Below, in pieces: positions 55,920 to 62,163 of a DNA stretch of 62,163 bases. The notes beneath the pieces were generated by a model. That model was not told the DNA's origin, did not search any database, and was given only the letters and a program-made list of their open reading frames with translations. The number at the start of each line of letters is the position of its first letter. Positions within the stretch are counted from its first letter, which is position 1. Position numbers and translations under genes: made by a program. Source of the DNA: Deltaproteobacteria bacterium (GTDB taxonomy: Bacteria; Myxococcota_A; UBA9160; UBA6930); NCBI GenBank assembly GCA_019312665.1, contig JAFDCZ010000005.1:1-62163 (forward strand). The letters run 5' to 3'.

Positions 55920-56438
55920 ATGACTCCGTCGGAAGGGAAACGCTTGTGGCTATGGCGCCACGCGAAAGCCGGTGCGGGAGACCCTCGGGAGACCGATGCC
56001 GAGCGTCACCTCACGCAGGCCGGAACAGCTGCAGCGGCCGCCATGGCGGAAGCCTTTCTGACTGAGCGGCCTGACCTGGTGCTCTGCTCGCCCGCCTCGC
56101 GCACGCGTGAGACCCTGCAGCAGGCCGAAGCCAACTGGACCGACGCGCCCGTCCTCCGCATCGAGCAGGGCCTCTACCTGGCCGAAGCGCTGGACCTTCT
56201 CGAGCGCATCAGCCGGGTCGAGGAGGAGATCCGAAGCGTCCTCGTGATCGGGCACCAACCGGGGCTGGGGGAGCTCGTGCGCCTGCTGGTTCAAAGCGGC
56301 GAACCAGCCGCCCTCACCGCCTTTGCCCGTGGATTCCCCACCGCCGGCCTGGCCGAGCTGCGCCTCGACATCCCGTTCTGGCGAGAAGTGTGCGCTGAAT
56401 GCGCATTCCTCACGGCCTTCTCGACGAAGGACACCTAA
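55920..56438 (+). CDS. Histidine phosphatase family protein (SixA-like)
   Basis: 172 aa. LWLWRHAKA (RHG-type catalytic motif), CSPASRTRET and VIGHQP. Confidence 0.75.
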   Translation: MTPSEGKRLWLWRHAKAGAGDPRETDAERHLTQAGTAAAAAMAEAFLTERPDLVLCSPASRTRETLQQAEANWTDAPVLRIEQGLYLAEALDLLERISRVEEEIRSVLVIGHQPGLGELVRLLVQSGEPAALTAFARGFPTAGLAELRLDIPFWREVCAECAFLTAFSTKDT

Positions 56439-56556
56439 CGACGAACCCGCGGAGCATCCTCGCGCCTTCGACGCCTCGTACTGGGCCCAATGCCCGCGCC
56501 TGTTCTACCATCCTCACCCCGATCACCGACACCCATGAGGTTCTTCCAGCCGCATC

Positions 56557-56943
56557 ATGCAGGATCGACCGACCTCCGCCGAACTCCTCGAGACCCTTGC
56601 CGATCTCCTGGAAGAGCAGCTGTTGCCTGCGACCCAGGGGCCCCTGCGTCACCAGGTGCGGGTGGCCGGAAACCTGTGTCGGATCCTCGAACGGGAGGCC
56701 CGCCTCGGCGGCCCTCAAGATGATCGGGAGGCAGAACTCTTGCGCGACGTTCTGGGCCCTGTCGCGGAAGGCTCGGATACGTTGGAGCTCAACCGCAGAC
56801 TCGCAGAGGCGTTGAAACGAGGACAGGACCCCGCGCTCGAGCGAAAAGCCTGGCAAGCCCTCATCGAAATCGTGCGCGGCAAACTCTCGATCGCGAAGCC
56901 TGGCCACGACGCGTACGATTTCCAGGGCGAGCTGCCCGAGTGA
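56557..56943 (+). CDS. Small helical protein, partner of the phosphotransferase (DUF6285-like)
   Basis: 128 aa. PTSAELLETLADLLEEQLLP...LRHQVRVAGNLCRILERE. Its stop overlaps the next gene's GTG start. Confidence 0.5.
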   Translation: MQDRPTSAELLETLADLLEEQLLPATQGPLRHQVRVAGNLCRILEREARLGGPQDDREAELLRDVLGPVAEGSDTLELNRRLAEALKRGQDPALERKAWQALIEIVRGKLSIAKPGHDAYDFQGELPE

Positions 56944-57953
56944 GCCCCGCGCCCGATTTGAAGAACGGCCTGGAGCGGGCGCTCGGCGAGCTCTGGCAGA
57001 CACCCGTCGAGGTCTCAGAACTCGGCGTGGCGACGACCGGAGCCCGTCGCCGCAATATCCTGTTCGACGCGACTCGCAAGAACGAGACGCTCCCGCTGGT
57101 TGCAACGATCATCCCGAACCCGGCAATGCAGGTGATGGCAATGACGGTCGAAGCGGCGAGCCTGCGCCTGGCCTTCGACCAGGGCATGCCCGTGCCCGAA
57201 CTCCACGGGGTATGGGAAGATCCGGCGTACGTTGGCGGCCCGTTCTTCATTACCTCCCGCATCGAGGGCGAGACGATCCCGCGCCAGATCCTTCGCCTGG
57301 TGGAAGCCGAGCCCTCGCTCGGCCCGCGCATCGCCCGGCAATGCGGCGAAGCCTTGGCGAAGCTGCATGCGGCCGACCCGGCTCGGGCCCATCCGGACGT
57401 GATCCGTCCCGGCCCCGGCGTGAGTCCGATCGACCAGGGCATCACGACCCTCGAGGCGTTGGCCCGGGATCTCCTCCAACCGTCGCCTAGCTTTGCCCTC
57501 GGTTTGCAGTGGCTGGCACGCCATGCGCCAGCCCCACCCGACGGGCTCACCCTCGTCCACGGCGACTTTCGCAACGGCAACCTGATCGTCGGCTCGGACG
57601 GCCTGCGTGCAACGCTGGATTGGGAGCTCACCCACCTCGGAGATCCGATGCGTGACCCGGCCTGGCTTTGCCAGCGCATGTGGCGCTTCCGGAACGACCA
57701 CCTGGAGGTTGGCGGCTTCGGTTCACGGAAGGAGCTGCGGGCAGGCTACGAGGCGGCCGGCGGCACCTGGCGGGAAGATGCCTTTCATTGGTGGAAGGTC
57801 CACGGAACCCTGAGCTGGGGCCTCGGCCTGGCCGGCCAGGCCCGGGCACATATCGATGGCGTGGTCCCGTCGATCGTGATGGCCGCCAGCGGGCGACGCG
57901 TGGCCGAGCTCGAGTACGACCTGCTGCGCATGATTCAACGGGACTACGCCTGA
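56940..57953 (+). CDS. Aminoglycoside/choline kinase-like phosphotransferase (APH family)
   Basis: 337 aa. Catalytic loop LVHGDFRNGNLIV and DWELTHLGDPMRD. Confidence 0.8.
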   Translation: MSPAPDLKNGLERALGELWQTPVEVSELGVATTGARRRNILFDATRKNETLPLVATIIPNPAMQVMAMTVEAASLRLAFDQGMPVPELHGVWEDPAYVGGPFFITSRIEGETIPRQILRLVEAEPSLGPRIARQCGEALAKLHAADPARAHPDVIRPGPGVSPIDQGITTLEALARDLLQPSPSFALGLQWLARHAPAPPDGLTLVHGDFRNGNLIVGSDGLRATLDWELTHLGDPMRDPAWLCQRMWRFRNDHLEVGGFGSRKELRAGYEAAGGTWREDAFHWWKVHGTLSWGLGLAGQARAHIDGVVPSIVMAASGRRVAELEYDLLRMIQRDYA

Positions 57954-58789
57954 CGCGCCGCTGACAAGACGCTGCGACCCGCCGTCGCACAACGTCGCGC
58001 TGCCTCCTCCGGTGAGAGTTTCTGAAGCTCCGCCGAGAACACCTCCACACCGATCGGCGCGTTGGCACCCGTCGCATCGAGCGCGCGAACGAACTCCACC
58101 AGAGGAATGTCTCCGTCCCCCGGCAGGCGTCGCGCCTGCATCGTCTCGGTGATCAGATCTGGTGGCGCAGCGTTCGGGGCGTCACTGATCTGGACGCTCC
58201 CGATCTTGTCTCCGGGCACCGCTCTCAGCTGGGCCAGGTCGGACGGCCCGCGAAACCAATGCCAGGCATCGACGAGAATCTGGCCATTCGCTCGCCCGGC
58301 ACGCTCGACCAACTCCAAGGCCGTCGCCACATCCGGGATGCCCGACCAGGGCAGGAACTCGATCGTTACGTTCAGCCCGTGCTCCCTTGCACGATCGCAG
58401 ACCCCCGCAAAGGCTTCCGCTGCACCGTCCAGATCGATCGTATCTCCGAACCCCTGGGCCAAGTTGAGCGACCGCGCACCCAGGGCTTCTGCCATCTCGT
58501 AGAAATCGGCCTCGACCGCGTCTGCGTAAGGGCCGGGATCAACACCTCCGCCGACTTCGGGCGGAAGCCAGGTGAGCAAGGGGTCGAGATCCGCCACCAC
58601 GATGCCGTGATCCGCCAGCCGCTGGCACAGATCCGCAGGGGTGTGGCCCTCGGCCAGGGCGCCACGGTAGTCGTTGGGCCACACCGTAATGGCCGGAAAG
58701 CCACTCGCGCTGGCAGCCTCGATCATGTCGACGAGCCCCACTAGCAGCAGACTCCCCGAGCAGAGCACAAGATCGTCCCGACCGAGCAT
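57944..58789 (-). CDS. Sugar phosphate isomerase/epimerase (xylose isomerase-like TIM barrel)
   Basis: 281 aa. Typical ...TIEFLPWS...DAWHW... metal-ligand pattern. Confidence 0.8.
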   Translation of the reverse strand: MLGRDDLVLCSGSLLLVGLVDMIEAASASGFPAITVWPNDYRGALAEGHTPADLCQRLADHGIVVADLDPLLTWLPPEVGGGVDPGPYADAVEADFYEMAEALGARSLNLAQGFGDTIDLDGAAEAFAGVCDRAREHGLNVTIEFLPWSGIPDVATALELVERAGRANGQILVDAWHWFRGPSDLAQLRAVPGDKIGSVQISDAPNAAPPDLITETMQARRLPGDGDIPLVEFVRALDATGANAPIGVEVFSAELQKLSPEEAARRCATAGRSVLSAARQA

Positions 58790-58867
58790 CGCCCAAGAAT
58801 ACTCTCCGCTTCTTCTCGTGCGTCACCTCTTTGGCGCTGCGGTGCACCTACGCTCGGGGAGATTCCC

Positions 58868-59269
58868 ATGAAGCATCGAACGATATTGGTGGTGGACCGC
58901 TCCGTGGCCGTACGCAAGGCCCTGCGCCTGTTGCTGCGTTCTCGTGGCTTCGAGGCCCAGGCGGCCGAAACACCCACAGAAGCCCTACGCGTCGCTCGGC
59001 GTGAATCTCCGGCGGCCGTGGTGGTGGGCCGCAGCCCCCTCGGAGGCGATGCTCTCGCCCCCAGTGCCCAGTTGCGGGACGAGCCGACACTGGCCGGCAT
59101 CCCGCTGATCGAGGTGTCCCGGGTGGACGAAATCGTGCGGGAAATCGGCGACGGTTGGGAACATTGCGGGTCCGCAGCCCGAGACCTGCTCGCCCGTGTG
59201 CAGCATCATGCAGGCCATCAGCCCTTGGGCCCGAGCCCCTTCGAAGTGGAAGGCCAACCAGAGGCGTAA
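58868..59269 (+). CDS. Receiver-like single-domain protein lacking the phospho-acceptor Asp
   Basis: 133 aa. ILVVDRSVAVRKALRLLL aligns with the CheY beta1/alpha1 region. At the expected acceptor position the sequence reads AVVVGRSPLGGD, with Gly instead of Asp. Confidence 0.6.
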   Translation: MKHRTILVVDRSVAVRKALRLLLRSRGFEAQAAETPTEALRVARRESPAAVVVGRSPLGGDALAPSAQLRDEPTLAGIPLIEVSRVDEIVREIGDGWEHCGSAARDLLARVQHHAGHQPLGPSPFEVEGQPEA

Positions 59270-59311
59270 CCTCTCGTACGCCACGGCATCGGATTGGGCG
59301 AGGAGGACCCC

Positions 59312-59779
59312 ATGTCGATGCGTCTCTTGTCCGCTGGATTGCTGGTTTCAGCCCTGGCCGCCGCCTTGCTCGTTCCGGCGCAGGCCCTTGCCCTCGACCC
59401 GGTCTACACCGGGCGCTTCAGCTCCCTGGCCCTCGGCGGATACGACCCTGTCGCCTACTTCGTGGACGGCCGGCCGGTCGAAGGCTCTGACGAGCATGAG
59501 CTCAGCTGGAACGGAGCCACATGGCGGTTCTCCAGCGCCGAGAACCAGGCACGCTTCCAGGCCGACCCGGAAGCCCACGCACCGCAGTACGGCGGCTACT
59601 GCGCCTGGGCCGTGAGCCAAGGCAAAACGGCATCGGCCGATCCGGAACGCTGGAAGATCGTCGGCGGCAAGTTGTATCTCAACTACAACGGCGCCATTCA
59701 GCAGCGCTGGGAGAAAGACGTCCCCGGCTTCATCGCAGCCGCCGACGAGTACTGGCCTGGCATCCTCGCGGGCAAGTAG
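59312..59779 (+). CDS. YHS domain-containing secreted protein
   Basis: ATG at 59312 follows AGGAGGA and gives a signal peptide. GGYDPVAYF...WRFSSAENQARFQADPEAHAPQYGGYCAWAV is the YHS-type pattern. Confidence 0.75.
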   Translation: MSMRLLSAGLLVSALAAALLVPAQALALDPVYTGRFSSLALGGYDPVAYFVDGRPVEGSDEHELSWNGATWRFSSAENQARFQADPEAHAPQYGGYCAWAVSQGKTASADPERWKIVGGKLYLNYNGAIQQRWEKDVPGFIAAADEYWPGILAGK

Positions 59780-59942
59780 CACTGAACCGGAAGTCCAGCG
59801 CCTGCTCTGGGGCAGGCGCTCTGGGCGGAGCCGAGGATGTGCTTCTCCCAGCTCGCCATCACCCTGCGGGGAGCATCCTCTCCGAAAGGATGCAGCGCGA
59901 AACGCCGACGCCTAGCAAGACACGAGGCGGGCGCGGAAAAGA

Positions 59943-60019
59943 TGGTGACCCAGGCAGGATTCGAACCTGCGACCCCCAGCTTCGGAGGCTGGTGCTCTAT
60001 CCAGCTGAGCTACTGGGCC
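59943..60019 (-). tRNA. tRNA-Arg (anticodon CCG)
   Basis: I folded it by hand. Acceptor GGCCCAG/CTGGGTC (one G-U pair), D arm GCTC-AGCTGGAT-AGAGC, anticodon stem CCAGC/GCTGG with loop CTCCGAA, T arm GCAGG-TTCGAAT-CCTGC, discriminator A, and an encoded CCA. Confidence 0.95.
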
Positions 60020-60095
60020 ACGCAGCGGAGGGCGGAGCCTACCGGAACGGATCCGACCCCGCGAACGAACGCGAGAAAACGGGCTTCCGGGGCCT

Positions 60096-60494
60096 CTATA
60101 GCACCCCGATGTCTTCCGTACTGCGCCGAAGTCCCCAGCTCACGACCACACCTTCCTTGTCGAAAAGCACCAGCAGGAGATCGGCTCGCTGCTCGTTTCG
60201 TGTGTACGAGAAGACCGTGAGGTTCGTGAAGACCGGCTCCTCCAACTCCAGCGAGTCGACGTTCCGACGCACGTACCGGTAGAGGAAAGCATCGCCGTCG
60301 TGCTGGCGAACGATGCGATCGGGTGGCCCGAGGATCTGGAGCACCTGGGCTTTGTTGGTCACACCGGCTTGGAGCACCTCGTCGGGCACCGCCCGGATTG
60401 GCGAACCCCGGTAGACTCGCGTGATGCTGCAGGCCGTGCTCAAGCCCGAGGCAAGCCCGAGACAGAGAAGCAGACCCAGTGACGCGACGCGCAT
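60096..60494 (-). CDS. Lipoprotein, BamE/SmpA-OmlA-like
   Basis: 132 aa. Lipobox LSTAC. GVTNKAQVLQILGPPD resembles the BamE-like motif. Paralogue of the upstream gene, with an ATGA overlap. Confidence 0.55.
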   Translation of the reverse strand: MRVASLGLLLCLGLASGLSTACSITRVYRGSPIRAVPDEVLQAGVTNKAQVLQILGPPDRIVRQHDGDAFLYRYVRRNVDSLELEEPVFTNLTVFSYTRNEQRADLLLVLFDKEGVVVSWGLRRSTEDIGVL

Positions 60495-60910
60495 CAGTCG
60501 CGCTCCTGGCTTTGGCGAAACCCGAAATACTTGACCACATCGTCATCATCGAAGAAGACGACCAGCAGATCCGAATCGGCTCGGATTTTCAGGCTGTTGA
60601 AGATGATCATGACCAGACCGTTGATCCGCCCCTCGTAGGCCTGCCAGGCCAGGATGTCCGAGAAGCGTCGCGGGGCACCGCCTCCGGGGCCACCCGTCGT
60701 CTCCTCGGAGAGAATCAGATCTTCGAGGAGGGACGCATCGGAGAAGTTGCTGGGCGGGCCGAACCAGGCCAGCAGATCGGCTTTCGTAGTCGTCCCCGGC
60801 CGGATCTCGGCAACCCTCGCTGGGTCGACCGGCATACCTTCGGAGTAGGTTCCCACCACACAGCCCAAAAGCAGACTCAGCCCGAGGACAAGGAAGCAGA
60901 ACCGTCGCAT
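60494..60910 (-). CDS. Lipoprotein, BamE/SmpA-OmlA-like
   Basis: ATG at 60910 gives MRRFCFLVLGLSLLLGC (lipobox). PGTTTKADLLAWFGPPS matches the same motif as its neighbour. Confidence 0.55.
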   Translation of the reverse strand: MRRFCFLVLGLSLLLGCVVGTYSEGMPVDPARVAEIRPGTTTKADLLAWFGPPSNFSDASLLEDLILSEETTGGPGGGAPRRFSDILAWQAYEGRINGLVMIIFNSLKIRADSDLLVVFFDDDDVVKYFGFRQSQERD

Positions 60911-60987
60911 GCTGTTTTCCCCCCGCGCGCAGACTAGCCGATCTCGGCCGCTATGATCGGCGCCCACCGCAGCGCGGGATCTTTCCG

Positions 60988-62163
60988 ATGGAACACGCCA
61001 GCTCCGATCTGGATGCTCTCGGTGTCGCCTGGCGCCTGGGCGCCACCCTCTTCTTCGTCGCCCTGAACGGCTTCTTCGTGGCGACCGAGTTCTCCCTGGT
61101 GAAGGTCCGAGCGTCGCGGATCGATCTGTTGACCCAGCAGGGCGGGGGCAGCGCCGCGGCCGTCCAGCACATCCTGGCCCACCTGGACCGCTACCTCACG
61201 GCTTGCCAGCTGGGCATCACCCTGGCCAGCCTGATCCTCGGTGCTCTCGGCGAGCCGGCTGTTTCCGTGCTGATCGTCGCGGGTGCCCGAAGCCTCGGCG
61301 TGGATGTGGCGGCCGAGGCGAGTTGGCTGCCGATCGTCTCGATCGGGCTGGCATTCTTCGTCATCACCGCGCTCCACATGACCGTGGGCGAGCAAGCGCC
61401 GAAGATGTGGGCCCTTCGCCGGGCCGAAGCCACCGCCCTCCGCACGGGCCGGATCCTGCGGGCCTTCACCTTTGCCCTCGGGCCCTTCATCACGGCGATC
61501 AACGCACTCTCGAACTGGATGCTCCGATTGGCCGGACTGACTTCCGAACTCGGCCACGAAAGCTCACACACAGCCGAAGAGATCCGCAGCATCCTCACGC
61601 TCTCGGCCAGCACGGGACAGATTTCGGAGCGCGAGTTCGAGCTGACCGCCAACGTCTTCCGCATGATCGGGCTCGAAGTACGCCACATCATCGTGCCGCG
61701 CATTGACGTCCAATACCTCTCTCTCGAGAAGTCGGCGGAGGAGAACCTTCACCTCATCAGGGAAATGCGCCACAGCCGCCTTCCCCTGTGCGAGGTCGGT
61801 CTCGACACCGTGCAAGGCTTCGTACACGCCAAGGATGTGCTCGATCGCTACCTCGCGGGCGAAGCCCCCGACCTGGCCGCCCTCGCCCGCCCAGCCGTCT
61901 TCGTTCCCGACACGATGTCGGTCTCCGATTTCCTTCTCGAGCTCCAGCAGGAACGCGCGCATTGCGCGGTCGTCCTCGATGAGCGCGGAACAGCCCTTGG
62001 TCTGGCTTTTCGAGAAGACGCCCTGGAAGAGATCGTCGGCCCGTTGGGCGACGAGTTCGACGACCCCGAGTTCGCCTTCGTGGATCTCGGTGAAGGACGC
62101 TTCGAGCTGTCCGGACGCATCGCCCTCCCCGAAGTCTGCGATCGCCTAGGGGTCCAGTTGACC
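60988..62163 (+). CDS. CNNM/HlyC-CorC family protein (DUF21 membrane domain plus CBS pair), truncated by the window end
   Basis: My translation from ATG 60988 gives ...LFFVALNGFFVATEFSLVKVRASRID...TACQLGITLASL (DUF21), then EEIRSILTLSASTGQISEREFELTANVFRMIGLEVRHIIVPR (CBS region). The frame stays open to 62163, and it is absent from the track because there is no stop. Confidence 0.85.
   Translation, partial: MEHASSDLDALGVAWRLGATLFFVALNGFFVATEFSLVKVRASRIDLLTQQGGGSAAAVQHILAHLDRYLTACQLGITLASLILGALGEPAVSVLIVAGARSLGVDVAAEASWLPIVSIGLAFFVITALHMTVGEQAPKMWALRRAEATALRTGRILRAFTFALGPFITAINALSNWMLRLAGLTSELGHESSHTAEEIRSILTLSASTGQISEREFELTANVFRMIGLEVRHIIVPRIDVQYLSLEKSAEENLHLIREMRHSRLPLCEVGLDTVQGFVHAKDVLDRYLAGEAPDLAALARPAVFVPDTMSVSDFLLELQQERAHCAVVLDERGTALGLAFREDALEEIVGPLGDEFDDPEFAFVDLGEGRFELSGRIALPEVCDRLGVQLT

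Noticed and set aside
58832-58846. A TGGCGC...GTGC sigma-54-like sequence upstream of the receiver-like gene.
   Set aside because: The GG-to-GC spacing is one nucleotide short of the required register, and the -12 element lacks TTGC.
1-62163. CRISPR arrays, rRNA genes, prophage or integrase genes, toxin-antitoxin pairs and recognisable defence-system genes.
   Set aside because: Reading both strands, I found no direct-repeat/spacer arrays, no rRNA-like sequence, and no recombinase apart from the transposase scar at 27416-27601. Absence by eye is not proof, and a repeat finder and defence-system HMM scan would be needed.

Overview
High-GC (about two-thirds G+C by eye) bacterial chromosomal segment, densely coded, with most genes on the minus strand. 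Many gene pairs are joined by 4-nt ATGA/GTGA stop/start overlaps. The first ~19 kb is a conserved housekeeping block: uvrB(partial)-cysS-ispF-ispD; a TolC-like gene, a bactofilin and a PilZ gene; metK-yajC-secD-secF; and lptC-lptA-lptB-rpoN-ptsN-hprK-rapZ-EIIA(Man)-HPr. The rest is accessory and metabolic: a long operon combining redox enzymes, a MoxR-VWA pair, a DUF4212/sodium-solute symporter pair and an EEP hydrolase; two cytochrome P450 loci; a low-GC sulfatase; a DUF35/thiolase/LanC-like operon; two paralogous serine hydrolases; a sigma-54 enhancer-binding protein followed by a consensus -24/-12 promoter and a tandem-DUF2889 / HACL-Oxc-type ThDP enzyme / family III CoA-transferase module; a YcaQ-like gene; MBL, SixA and APH genes; one tRNA-Arg(CCG); and a partial CNNM/HlyC gene. 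No CRISPR array, rRNA or intact mobile element was seen. The observations that stand out most are: (1) a perfect 53-bp-arm palindrome at 54727-54835; (2) a consensus sigma-54 promoter followed within about 80 nt by a strong terminator-like hairpin, suggesting a candidate sRNA or attenuator; (3) a LanC-like gene translationally coupled to a DUF35/SCP-x thiolase pair; (4) the MoxR-VWA pair embedded in the redox/transport operon; (5) a frame-disrupted secD. All family assignments come from reading motifs in the supplied translations. No database search was run.
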